The notes below the pieces were generated by a model. It was not told the origin of the DNA and did no database searches. It saw only the letters and a program-made list of their open reading frames with translations. Positions 28,299-37,779 of a stretch of DNA of 64,000 nt are shown in pieces (positions within the stretch are counted from its first letter, which is position 1; every line of letters begins with the position of its first letter). The DNA is from Patescibacteria group bacterium (lineage in GTDB: Bacteria > Patescibacteriota > Minisyncoccia > 2-02-FULL-40-12). The stretch is taken from assembly GCA_038062015.1 (NCBI GenBank), contig JBBTXZ010000002.1:1266-65265 (forward strand), read 5' to 3'. Both the position numbers and the translations under genes were made by a program.

Positions 28299-29675
28299 TT
28301 AAGCTGATGTCAATTGAGCCGATATCAAGTTAGCGATCCGTTCGCCCGCTTTCCCATCAAGCGAAAAAAGATGGTTTCTAACAATATTATCTCTCCCATC
28401 TTGATCAATGGCAGGATCAGTCAAATAATTATTGATCCATAAAATCAAGTCTTTTTTATTTTCAACCACTCTCGTCCCGCCCTGAATTATCAAGCTTCTT
28501 ATATTATCTTCATTATGATATCTTTTTACACTAATTTCGTAATCCTTTTTCTCCCAGCCGTCAAAACTGACAATAATCTGGGGCTTGTTAAAAACTGCGG
28601 CATCCAAGCCAAGAGAAGTAGCGATATAAATTATTATGTCGGAGTAAAAAACAGAATTACGGAGGTGGCTTTCGTCATCCGGATTAATCTCTGTTACTCT
28701 CACATTGGTACCGAATTTTGTGCCCGGGTTTTCGATTATAAAATTTTCATCGGCCTCAAACTTTGAAAAATCAGCCGGGTGGGACGGATGGTTTCTGACT
28801 AAAAACTGAATATCATCTGGCAAAGCGCCATCTTTAATTGCATCTTTAAGAATTCGGCAGATTTGCCAATCTGTGTCTGAAAGAATTTTTCCGGCCGGGG
28901 CAAAAAGGATTAGCCTCTTTTTCGGGTTAACCCCGATTTTAGAAAAAAATTCTTCCCGGCTTAAAGTCGGGCCTTTAATAAAACTATCGAACTGAGGCAG
29001 ACCGACGACAGAAATAATTTTTTCTGAAACACTGTGAAACCTCACTGCCTCTTCTTTGGCCAACTTACTGTTAACAATAGCTTTATTAGGAATGATTCTT
29101 AAAACTCCTTTGGTTGTGGTATTATCCCAGGAACGAACCATCCCTATGGTTTTTATGCCTGCTTTTTTTGCCTGTCTCAAAAAGAGCGCATCGTATTCGG
29201 AAAAAATATCAGTTGAAAAAAATAAATCAGGCTTATATTTCAAAAAATATCCTTTAAAAATTTCTTTTGGAGAAAATATAAAATCTAAAAATCTATACAC
29301 TCCTCTTAGGGCGCTGACGTGGCTTAAAATCGAAGCAGAAGTATTAACCAAAAAGTAGTTCAAATAGCCAATAATATTTCGGTGTTCATATAATCTTGTT
29401 TTTCTTTGATCCTGGATATAAAAACTATTTTGAAGCAAAAAGGCCAGCCGATACCAAAATTTATTGTATGATGAACGAATTATTTTATCTAAATCTATAC
29501 CTTCAATTTCAATATTGGCCCCGCTGTAATATTTATTAATAAAATCTTTTTTATACTCATGAGTAAAAATAACAATTTTAATATCTTTTTGATTTTTTAA
29601 AATCCTAAACGCATCCGTATTTAAGATATTCCGGGAAACAAATGGATGGAAACAGCTTAGAAAAATCGTTTTCAT
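28299..29675 (-). CDS. GT-B protein, CDP-glycerol glycerophosphotransferase-like (candidate nonulosonate transferase)
   Basis: VRSWDNTTTKG, VGLPQFD, RNHP, DGKAGERIA; adjacent to neuB. Confidence 0.65.
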   Translation of the reverse strand: MKTIFLSCFHPFVSRNILNTDAFRILKNQKDIKIVIFTHEYKKDFINKYYSGANIEIEGIDLDKIIRSSYNKFWYRLAFLLQNSFYIQDQRKTRLYEHRNIIGYLNYFLVNTSASILSHVSALRGVYRFLDFIFSPKEIFKGYFLKYKPDLFFSTDIFSEYDALFLRQAKKAGIKTIGMVRSWDNTTTKGVLRIIPNKAIVNSKLAKEEAVRFHSVSEKIISVVGLPQFDSFIKGPTLSREEFFSKIGVNPKKRLILFAPAGKILSDTDWQICRILKDAIKDGALPDDIQFLVRNHPSHPADFSKFEADENFIIENPGTKFGTNVRVTEINPDDESHLRNSVFYSDIIIYIATSLGLDAAVFNKPQIIVSFDGWEKKDYEISVKRYHNEDNIRSLIIQGGTRVVENKKDLILWINNYLTDPAIDQDGRDNIVRNHLFSLDGKAGERIANLISAQLTSA

Positions 29676-30733
29676 AAAATTTCTTTATAAACCTTTAAAT
29701 ATTCATCAACGGTTTTATTTAAATTATGGCTCTGGGCCCATTCTAAACTCGCTTGGCTCATTTGATAATATTTCTTTGAATTAATAATCTCTAAAATCGC
29801 TTCTGCTGTTTTTTCGATATTTTTTTGAGGAATTAAAATACCGTTATACCCGTTTTTAACTGCATCTCCAATACCATTGCCCAAAGTGCCAATCACTGGT
29901 AAACCAGCGGCGGCGGCTTCTAAAAAACCCAGGCCGAATCCCTCAAAATGATAATTATGATTGATCGATGTCAAAACAAACAATTTAGCGGTTTGATAAA
30001 GTTTTTTTAATTCCTCGTCCCCCATTTCTTCCAAAAATCCGATATCATTCCCAATATTATTATCTTTTACTAATTTTTTAAGATGCCCAAAATAACTTTT
30101 ATCGCCCTGATTCCCAACTATTTTATATTTTAAATCCGGAATTTCTTTTTTTGCTAAAACAAAAGCCGGTATGGAAATATGATAGCCTTTTCGAAACTTC
30201 AAAGCTCCGACACTAAGAATAAATTTTTCATCAGTTTTAATATGGGGCCTGTAAAATTTTTCAAAGTTTATTCCTGGATTTATTACTTTTATATTTTCAA
30301 GTCTTATTTTCTTAATAATTTCGGATTTAGTGAAATTACTTATTGTAATTATTTGGTTGGCTTTTTTATAAGCCCATTTTAATAATAGAGAAGTTCTAAA
30401 ATTGTATAATGGTTCAACCGCATAAGTGCCAACCCCGGTAATTATCAGCTTTTTACTTAGCCCCGTATTGGCTATAGCGCCAATTACGCCATAAGGATAT
30501 CCATCTAAAGCATGGATTATATCACAATCTTTTAGTAATTTTTTAATTTTAAAAGCGGGAGTAAAAACTCTTATGCCTCTTCTAAGTATTGGCATGCCTT
30601 CAAGCCCGTCATCCTCTTCTTTTAAAATAACGATTTCGTGGCCACTTTTTTTTACGCCATAAATCAAATCAGAAGCGTATCGGCCCCAGCCGTTTTTAGA
30701 ATTTAAATTATTAATTAGGTAAGCAATTTTCAT
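29672..30733 (-). CDS. GT4 glycosyltransferase
   Basis: VGALKFRKG, EGFGLGFLEAAAAGLPVI. Confidence 0.92.
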   Translation of the reverse strand: MKIAYLINNLNSKNGWGRYASDLIYGVKKSGHEIVILKEEDDGLEGMPILRRGIRVFTPAFKIKKLLKDCDIIHALDGYPYGVIGAIANTGLSKKLIITGVGTYAVEPLYNFRTSLLLKWAYKKANQIITISNFTKSEIIKKIRLENIKVINPGINFEKFYRPHIKTDEKFILSVGALKFRKGYHISIPAFVLAKKEIPDLKYKIVGNQGDKSYFGHLKKLVKDNNIGNDIGFLEEMGDEELKKLYQTAKLFVLTSINHNYHFEGFGLGFLEAAAAGLPVIGTLGNGIGDAVKNGYNGILIPQKNIEKTAEAILEIINSKKYYQMSQASLEWAQSHNLNKTVDEYLKVYKEIL

Positions 30734-31782
30734 TTCTTAATTAAATTTGAGCTAATTAAATAATCAAGCAAGGCTTCGGCTACCCACTGGTTACCGGTTT
30801 CATTCCAGTGGCCGTCGCAGGGCCAGGTAAAATCGCTTTTTTCACTGACGTATTTTTCTATAAAAACCGGCATCAAGTCAAAATAATCAAAAGTGGAATG
30901 GTCGGCTATCAACTTTAATCTTTTTGCTTCTTCTGTTCCCCCCATAAAATCATAAGCTCTGGCATCAGCCAAAGATGCCAATAAAAATTTCGAAGACGAA
31001 TTTTTAACTATATTATTAAAAGAAGTTAAAAGTTTTTCCTCAGTTTCCCACGCTTGGTTTATTTTTTCAGGATCATCGCTTATTGGTGTATTTATAGTCT
31101 TTTTTTCAAGTTTTGATTTTAATTGCAAAATCTCTTTTCGCAACGTCGTCACCAAAACTGACTTTCTTAAATTTTTTTTGAAAAAAGCTTCGACTGTTTG
31201 AATAACTGACTTATATTCAACCAGGCTAATTTCCAAAACCGGCTGGCCATATTCATTAAATTGAATCATTTCCCGGAAATCATCTTCCAGATCATTTAAA
31301 GAATAGGCGGCAATAACTAAATCAGGCTTAAAATCCAAAGCATAGGCCTTCAAATAAAAAAGGCTCTTATAAGTCCCGTGGCTTGAAATACCAAAAGGCA
31401 TAACTTCATAACTATATTGTTTATCCGTCTGATTATTTAACTTTTTTTCCAAAAGATAGGCAAAAGTTTTTTCAATCGGCACCTGCGAGGCTTCAATAAA
31501 AGAATCACCAATGACTGCTATCCTAAAAACACCTGCAGTTTTTTCAAGATTATATTCTTTAGAGTGAAATCCTAAACTATTTGTTTTAATAACATTCGAA
31601 AAACACTCGCTTCGGATGTAAATGGAACTATCTGGCTTAAAAGTCAAGAGGCCAGTTTTTTCATCAACCCTATAAATACTACTCGCCGGAAAACCTAAAA
31701 ACCTCAAAAATACTTCAGAAAAAAAAATAGCGATTAGCAAACCAACCAGAACCAAACTAATCTTTTTGTATAACCCTGTCAT
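30730..31782 (-). CDS. membrane-anchored SGNH/GDSL hydrolase (AlgX-like)
   Basis: N-terminal TM, TNSLGF, IGDSF, PDLVI..ND, DGHWNETG. Confidence 0.88.
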   Translation of the reverse strand: MTGLYKKISLVLVGLLIAIFFSEVFLRFLGFPASSIYRVDEKTGLLTFKPDSSIYIRSECFSNVIKTNSLGFHSKEYNLEKTAGVFRIAVIGDSFIEASQVPIEKTFAYLLEKKLNNQTDKQYSYEVMPFGISSHGTYKSLFYLKAYALDFKPDLVIAAYSLNDLEDDFREMIQFNEYGQPVLEISLVEYKSVIQTVEAFFKKNLRKSVLVTTLRKEILQLKSKLEKKTINTPISDDPEKINQAWETEEKLLTSFNNIVKNSSSKFLLASLADARAYDFMGGTEEAKRLKLIADHSTFDYFDLMPVFIEKYVSEKSDFTWPCDGHWNETGNQWVAEALLDYLISSNLIKK

Positions 31783-33524
31783 TTTGCCATATATATCACA
31801 AAATCACTGTTTTCAAAAACACTTTCCAAGAATTTCTGATTATTTAACTGCCAGTCGGGATTTCTGTTTTTGTCCCAGATAAAGTAATCGGCTTTATAAT
31901 CCTTAGTCCCCTCTTCAATCCCCTCTTCCAAAGAATTATTTTGTATTTCTGCGGCCCTAGTTAAAACTTTATTTATTTCTTCTTCAGGTAAACGAGTTTC
32001 ATCTTTCAACTCCAAACCTAAAAGTTTTCGCCATTTATTTGCCTGAACCGCATCGCCGTATTTATCCACATATCTGACTCCCCAAATTGCTCTTTCATTT
32101 TCAACCGCAAAATCCCGATCAAACTCTTCAAAAAAATTATTGAGAATAAACCTTTCGCCTACCTCATTATCGGCCATTATGAATAAATTAGCGTAGCGGG
32201 AATAAAAAACATTATTTGACGTGTAAACTGGAATTAAACCTGAAATTTCTTCGTTGGCGTAAATAACCGAATCAGCCGGAGTATTTTCATTAAACCAGTC
32301 AAAAATTATTCTGTAGTTTTGGGCATAAATATCCTTATTGGAAACTCTTGTAATTCTTTGAGCATAGTCGTAAGCACCATTGACGCTAAGAATAACCATT
32401 AAAAAAGCGATGATAAATTTAAACCTGAAATTAACCTTGCTCCACAAATAGTAAAGTCCAAAAACCAAAAAGAATACCGCCGGCATCCGGTAATGGCCGA
32501 ATTCAAACTTCTGGCCGGTCAAAATATTCTGATTGGTGATTAATAGAATCGAGACAATGCCAATAATAAAAAATAAGATCTCTTTATTTATTTTTATAAA
32601 CTTAAAGCGGTATAAAATAATAAACAGAATTAGAATGAGAAATGACGGTAAAACGGTTTTAATCTCAGACGGAGAGCGGGAAAAAACCAATTGAACCCTG
32701 GTTAAAGTTTCCTGATACTCTGGAAGCTGATTAGTTAAAAAAGAAAGATAAAAATAAAAAGAGCCAATAATGAACCCGCCGGCTAAAATTTTAAAGAATT
32801 GTTTTGATAATAATCTTTCTCCAAAAAAATAAATCAAAGCGACTGCCGCGAAGAAAACCAAATAAAAAGTCCAATAAAACGGATAGAGATAAAATAACAA
32901 ACCGAAGTTAAAAATATTTAATATCAGAAGTAGTCTTTTGGAAATACGATGATATAATGATATATAATCGTATTTATATTCTACTAATAACCAAAGAAAA
33001 ATGAACTGTATCAACCAGAATAGAAAAACAAATTGCGGAATCACCGGCCGGGTGAATTTAAAAAGGTAAAGACCGAAAAACAAAAATACTGCAAAAAAAT
33101 TAGCCCAAAATCTTGAAGGATAAATCAAATAAAAAACTGTATAAGTCAGGATAAAAGCCAGAGCCGGAAGAACGAAATTATATACAATCCTTCCTTGAAT
33201 TACATCAAGATTAAATAACTTAAGCGGCTGGGCTAAAAGCCATTCCGGTAAAAATAACTGCTGGGGTAATTGATTTTTATATTCTGCTAAATAAGCATTG
33301 CCTAAAGTTGGATGACCGTCTAAAACGTCTTTAATTCTAGCCATATAAAAGAGTTCATCATCAATGATTTGACTAAGTATGCCTTCATATTGGCCGCCTA
33401 ATGATATCTGAAAATAAAAAAACGGCAGAATCATCAAAAAACCTAAAATAAAAGCTATTAAAATAGCCGGCCAGTGATTCTTAATTCTTAAAATAATTTT
33501 TAATTTTACATTGTCATTTTTCAT
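31779..33524 (-). CDS. multi-TM GT-C-like membrane glycosyltransferase (putative)
   Basis: DDELFY after TM1, many TMs, periplasmic tail DWFNENTPADSVI..ADYFIW..VFENSDFVIY. Confidence 0.55.
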   Translation of the reverse strand: MKNDNVKLKIILRIKNHWPAILIAFILGFLMILPFFYFQISLGGQYEGILSQIIDDELFYMARIKDVLDGHPTLGNAYLAEYKNQLPQQLFLPEWLLAQPLKLFNLDVIQGRIVYNFVLPALAFILTYTVFYLIYPSRFWANFFAVFLFFGLYLFKFTRPVIPQFVFLFWLIQFIFLWLLVEYKYDYISLYHRISKRLLLILNIFNFGLLFYLYPFYWTFYLVFFAAVALIYFFGERLLSKQFFKILAGGFIIGSFYFYLSFLTNQLPEYQETLTRVQLVFSRSPSEIKTVLPSFLILILFIILYRFKFIKINKEILFFIIGIVSILLITNQNILTGQKFEFGHYRMPAVFFLVFGLYYLWSKVNFRFKFIIAFLMVILSVNGAYDYAQRITRVSNKDIYAQNYRIIFDWFNENTPADSVIYANEEISGLIPVYTSNNVFYSRYANLFIMADNEVGERFILNNFFEEFDRDFAVENERAIWGVRYVDKYGDAVQANKWRKLLGLELKDETRLPEEEINKVLTRAAEIQNNSLEEGIEEGTKDYKADYFIWDKNRNPDWQLNNQKFLESVFENSDFVIYMAK

Positions 33525-34221
33525 TTTTAACTTTTAATTTTATTGGCAGCCATATTGCTTCCCAGATATTTTCAAAAGACATTTTTGATTCCCCTTCTCT
33601 TCTTTCAGTAAAAGTAATCGGATGCTCAAAAATTTTATATCCAGCTTTAAAAATTTTATATTTAAATTCAACCAAAAAGGCGTAGCCCTCCGATTTTATT
33701 GAATCTAAATCAATGCTTCTCAAAATATTCTTGCGAAAACAGACAAAGCCCGTAGTCATATCGTTAACTGGAATTCCAAGAATCATTCTGACGTAAAAAT
33801 TGGCGAATCGGCTTAAAAACCGGCGCGACCAAGTCCAGTTTTCAATTCTTCCCCCTTTAACATAGCGAGAGCCGACAATAACATCGAGATCAGAAAGTTT
33901 TTCAATCATTTTTGGAATTTCTTTCGGATCATGAGAAAAATCCGCATCCATCATCACAATTTTTTCACACTGCTTCAGGTTAGCCGCTTTCTTAAAGCCA
34001 TCAATATAAGATTTGCCAAAACCTCGATCGGCTATTCTTTGATGACAAATTAATTGCGAAAATTCATTTTGCAATCCCCCGACGACCCCAGCCGTACCGT
34101 CTGGAGAATTGTCATCTACCACTAAAATTGAAATATCCGGAAGATTTTCAAAAATAGCACGAACCAAAGAAATAATGTTTTCTTTTTCATTATAAGTCGG
34201 AATAATAATTAAAGTCTGCAT
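33514..34221 (-). CDS. polyprenol monophosphomannose synthase (DPM1-like GT2)
   Basis: IIPTYNEKENI, VVDDNSPDGT, MDADFSHDP, GSRYVKGG, GYAFLVE, FTERREGESK. Confidence 0.92.
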   Translation of the reverse strand: MQTLIIIPTYNEKENIISLVRAIFENLPDISILVVDDNSPDGTAGVVGGLQNEFSQLICHQRIADRGFGKSYIDGFKKAANLKQCEKIVMMDADFSHDPKEIPKMIEKLSDLDVIVGSRYVKGGRIENWTWSRRFLSRFANFYVRMILGIPVNDMTTGFVCFRKNILRSIDLDSIKSEGYAFLVEFKYKIFKAGYKIFEHPITFTERREGESKMSFENIWEAIWLPIKLKVKNEK

Positions 34222-36012
34222 TTATGATTTATAAATTAAGAAACTTTCGATAACTAAAACATCCATTTCGCTTTTCCTGAATGTATTAATGGCTTCGGCT
34301 GGCGTATTAACTATCGGCTCTCCTTTAAGATTAAATGAGGTATTTAAAACCATTGGCACGCCGGTTCTTTGACGAAATCGGTCAATCAGATTCCAATAGC
34401 GGGGCGAAATCTCTTTAAAAACAAGCTGGGGCCGAGCCGTGCCGTCAACATGAGTAATAGCCGGAATAACGCTTTGTTTTTCTTTTTTTACCGGCACTAC
34501 ATAAAGCATGAATCTCGCCGGATAATGATTTTGGGCGTTGGGAATTTCAAAAAAATCTTCGGCGTATTCAGCTAAAACTGACGGCGCAAAAGGTCTATAT
34601 GGTTCCCGAAACTTAATTTTAGTGTTAACTATATCTTTCATTTCGGCTCGCCTCGGATCAGCGATAATGGAACGGTTGCCCAAAGCTCTCGGCCCCCACT
34701 CAAAACGGCCCTGAAACCAACCGATAACTTTTCCTTTTTCCAAGTTTTCTGAAACAGAATTTATCAATTTTTCTTCATCATCAAAGTATTCAAAACTATC
34801 AATATTTTTATTCCTTAAAGTTTCTTTAATTTCGTCATTTGAATAACTTTTTCCGTAATAAGCATGTTCAAACACAAACTTTCTGTCATTCTTCAAGCCC
34901 ATATGCCAAATTGCTAAAGCCGCCCCCAAAGCTCCGCCGCCGTCGCCGGCCGAAGGTTGGATGAAAATTTCTCTAAAAGGAGTCCCCTGAATAATTTTCC
35001 AATTTGCCACCGAATTTAAAGCCACGCCGCCTGCCAGGCATAATTTATCGCAACCGGTAATCTTATAAGCTTCTTTTGCAAGATTAATCACGCCTTCCTC
35101 TAAAACACTCTGAATTGAAGCGGCAATATCAGCATAATATTCCTGTTCTTTTGCCAACTGTTCAAATTTTTCATCTTCCGGCTTTAACCCGAAATAAGAA
35201 GGCCAACCAGTGGATCTGGTGAAAAATTTTGATTTGGGATCTCGGGGCCGGCCGAACAGCTCAATAAACTTTTTTGAAAATGTTTTTTTGTCTGATCGGT
35301 GAAATAAAAAATAATTAAGATTTAAAACAAATGATCCATCACCAAAAAAAGTAATCAGTTTTTTAATTTTATCATGGTAAATCGGTTTTCCATAAGGAGC
35401 CATGCCCATAACCTTATACTCGCCTTCGTTAACTTCAAAACCCAAAAAAGCCGTAAAAGCCGAATATAAAAGGCCAAGCGAATGCGGGAAATAGACTTTT
35501 TTTAAAACCTTAATCTTGTTACCTTCGCCTATGCCAATAGTTGTCGTAGCCCACTCACCCACTCCGTCAATCGTTAAAATAGCGGCCTTTTCATAAGGCG
35601 AACATAAAAAGGCGGAAGCGGCGTGGGAAAGGTGGTGCTCTGAAAATAAAATCTTATCCGGACTGATTCCTATTTCTTTTGAAATTATTTCCCTTATCCA
35701 AATTTTTGAAATGAATAAGTTTTTCATCCCGTGAATAAAAGCCAGAGGCGAATAAGGAAAGGTTGAAAGAAAAGTTTTGAAAATTCTTTCAAGTTTAAGG
35801 AACGGTTTCTCATAAAAAACCACATGATCTAACTCTTCAAGTTTTATACTCCCTTCTTTTAAAACAAATTCTATGGCGTTTTTAGGAAAATCAGAATCGT
35901 GTTTTTTTCTGGAAAAACGCTCTTCTTCGGCCATCGCTCGAGGAACACCGTTAATAAGCAAGGCTGCTGCTGAATCGTGATAATAAAAAGAGAGGCCCAG
36001 TATCTTACTCAT
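34222..36012 (-). CDS. NodU/CmcH-family O-carbamoyltransferase (SxtI-like)
   Basis: YHDSAAA, EEERFSRKKHD, EHHLSHAASAF, DGVGE, GEYKVMGMAPYG, GPRALGNRS, KFREPYRPFAP, THVDGTARPQ, LNTSFN. Confidence 0.95.
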   Translation of the reverse strand: MSKILGLSFYYHDSAAALLINGVPRAMAEEERFSRKKHDSDFPKNAIEFVLKEGSIKLEELDHVVFYEKPFLKLERIFKTFLSTFPYSPLAFIHGMKNLFISKIWIREIISKEIGISPDKILFSEHHLSHAASAFLCSPYEKAAILTIDGVGEWATTTIGIGEGNKIKVLKKVYFPHSLGLLYSAFTAFLGFEVNEGEYKVMGMAPYGKPIYHDKIKKLITFFGDGSFVLNLNYFLFHRSDKKTFSKKFIELFGRPRDPKSKFFTRSTGWPSYFGLKPEDEKFEQLAKEQEYYADIAASIQSVLEEGVINLAKEAYKITGCDKLCLAGGVALNSVANWKIIQGTPFREIFIQPSAGDGGGALGAALAIWHMGLKNDRKFVFEHAYYGKSYSNDEIKETLRNKNIDSFEYFDDEEKLINSVSENLEKGKVIGWFQGRFEWGPRALGNRSIIADPRRAEMKDIVNTKIKFREPYRPFAPSVLAEYAEDFFEIPNAQNHYPARFMLYVVPVKKEKQSVIPAITHVDGTARPQLVFKEISPRYWNLIDRFRQRTGVPMVLNTSFNLKGEPIVNTPAEAINTFRKSEMDVLVIESFLIYKS

Positions 36013-36223
36013 TTATAAAATCTGGCATAGTAAATGAATTCTTTGATCTAACCAGCCAGTTAGAAAAGTCTGTTTTTGATGTTAATGGATTCGAAAATAA
36101 TTTGAAGATAACGGCAAAAATCATAAAGATAGTGTAATAAAAAACAAACAAAAAAATACCGGAGATGATATTGCCGATAAAAAAGAGAGTTTTTTGGAGT
36201 CTATTCCAAAGGGCTTTAAACAT
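36005..36223 (-). CDS. small membrane protein, short SxtJ-like
   Basis: GNIISGIFLFVFYY pattern, S.W near C-terminus, position next to carbamoyltransferase. Confidence 0.7.
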   Translation of the reverse strand: MFKALWNRLQKTLFFIGNIISGIFLFVFYYTIFMIFAVIFKLFSNPLTSKTDFSNWLVRSKNSFTMPDFINE

Positions 36224-36229
36224 AGAGTT

Positions 36230-36424
36230 TCAAAAAATAGTGTAAATAAGCGGGCCAAGCGGAGAGCTCTGGGCAAAAATTATAATCAAGAAAAAAACAA
36301 CTAACAGCGCCACTATTGGGATCATCCACCACATCTTATTTATCCATAAAAAACCGAACAAACGGCCAATAATAGAAAATTTAAGTTTAATGGTTCGGAT
36401 AGCAGATTGTATAAATCCCATCAA
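36230..36424 (-). CDS. DUF5989/SxtK-like small membrane protein
   Basis: FLWINKMWWMIPI..AQSSPLGPLIYTIF. Confidence 0.85.
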   Translation of the reverse strand: MMGFIQSAIRTIKLKFSIIGRLFGFLWINKMWWMIPIVALLVVFFLIIIFAQSSPLGPLIYTIF

Positions 36425-36467
36425 AACTAATCTATCATTTTATTAACTTTTTATCAAAGAGGTTTTA

Positions 36468-36531
36468 CTCCCACACTCATCCCAAATACTCAAATTTAAG
36501 TAGTGGGGGCTTTCATGTATGAGTGTGGGGG
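36468..36531. mobile_element. miniature inverted-repeat element, copy A (64 bp)
   Basis: CTCCCACACTCAT...ATGAGTGTGGGGG flanked by TTTA on both sides. Confidence 0.75.
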
Positions 36532-37778
36532 TTTACCAAATCAAGACCGTTTTTAAAACCTAAAAGGCCGGTTAAAATAAATAACGGCTCAACCACAAAG
36601 CGCAATCCGGCTGAACTAACTGCACCGCTTAAAGCCGCAAAATAAAAAATCAGCAAAGCAAAAAATAAAATCAGTTCTTTATCTTGAGAATTTCTTCTAA
36701 AAAACGAGGATAAATAAAAAATCATCCCGGCAAAAATAACAAAAAGAGAGATTCTTTCAATCAAAATCAAACTAAATTCGTCTTGTTCTAGCCAGTACCT
36801 TATTCCATCCCGAACAAAGAATTTAAACCCTAAAATGCCTCTTGTGGCTAAAAGCCCAAGCGGCGACTCAAAAAAAACTTCTTTGGCTCTTTGTTTTAAA
36901 ATATCAGAATGAAAATAAGTGAAATATTCATCGAAAGATACAATTTGAGTTTGCTCGTTCATTTTATTCTCTAAAAATTCTCGGGCTTGAGCAAAAGAAA
37001 GATCATGATTAAAAGAATAAACTGCCGGGGCATCGTAAAAATACAGCTGATATGGACCAATTGAGGATAATGAAAATTCTCCAAAAAGACGGTAATTTCT
37101 TATCATCCACGGCAAAAGAATCAAAAAGAAAATAAAAATTAGCCCGAAAGATTTGTAAAGAAATAACTTCTTATTTAAAAACCTTTGGTTGTAAAAAAAT
37201 GAAATCAAAAATGGAATATAAATAAAAACTGCTATTGGCCTGATTAAAGCCAAAACCGGCAATAAAAACGAAACATATAAAAAGAACTTGTTTTGATTAG
37301 TTTTTAAAAACAAAACCCAGAACCAAACTGCAAGCATCAATGTAAAAAGAAAAAGCGGCTGGGTAAGAAACTGCAAAGAAACCTGCAAAGAAAAAGGCAT
37401 AAAAAGAAAAATTGCGGCGGCCAGCTCCCCTATTCTTTTCTTACCCGATATTTCGGCTAGCAAAAATAAAATGTAAGCCGAAGCAACAACCAGAATTGAC
37501 TGGACAACTAATGCGGCCAGATAATTCCCAAAAATGGCCTTATGTAAAAACAAAAAGAAAGGATATCCGGGAGTACGGAAAGAATTTGGTACGAATGGCT
37601 CATCGGCCTCCCAAGAGAAAATTTTATTTACCCTCATATTTTCGGCTAACTGGACATAGCCAAAAGAATCATCATCGTAAAAAAACTCCTGACTATCTAA
37701 AAAATTGAAAAACAGGAAAAGCCTCGCCAATAAACCGGCTAGAAGAATTAAATAAATTACTTTTCTGTTCTGATTCAT
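36513..37778 (-). CDS. GT39/ArnT-like GT-C membrane glycosyltransferase
   Basis: DDDSFGY, FRTPGYPFFL, LIRP, PWMIRNY; last codons (PHTHT*) come from the miniature element. Confidence 0.8.
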   Translation of the reverse strand: MNQNRKVIYLILLAGLLARLFLFFNFLDSQEFFYDDDSFGYVQLAENMRVNKIFSWEADEPFVPNSFRTPGYPFFLFLHKAIFGNYLAALVVQSILVVASAYILFLLAEISGKKRIGELAAAIFLFMPFSLQVSLQFLTQPLFLFTLMLAVWFWVLFLKTNQNKFFLYVSFLLPVLALIRPIAVFIYIPFLISFFYNQRFLNKKLFLYKSFGLIFIFFLILLPWMIRNYRLFGEFSLSSIGPYQLYFYDAPAVYSFNHDLSFAQAREFLENKMNEQTQIVSFDEYFTYFHSDILKQRAKEVFFESPLGLLATRGILGFKFFVRDGIRYWLEQDEFSLILIERISLFVIFAGMIFYLSSFFRRNSQDKELILFFALLIFYFAALSGAVSSAGLRFVVEPLFILTGLLGFKNGLDLVNPHTHT

Positions 37779-37779
37779 T

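Noticed and set aside
31907-31930. 12-bp tandem duplication giving EEGIEEGT
   Set aside because: Single in-frame slippage event with no link to the repeat families.
34222-36424. saxitoxin biosynthesis
   Set aside because: Only sxtI/J/K-like genes; no sxtA, sxtG or other core genes, and the context is glycan synthesis.
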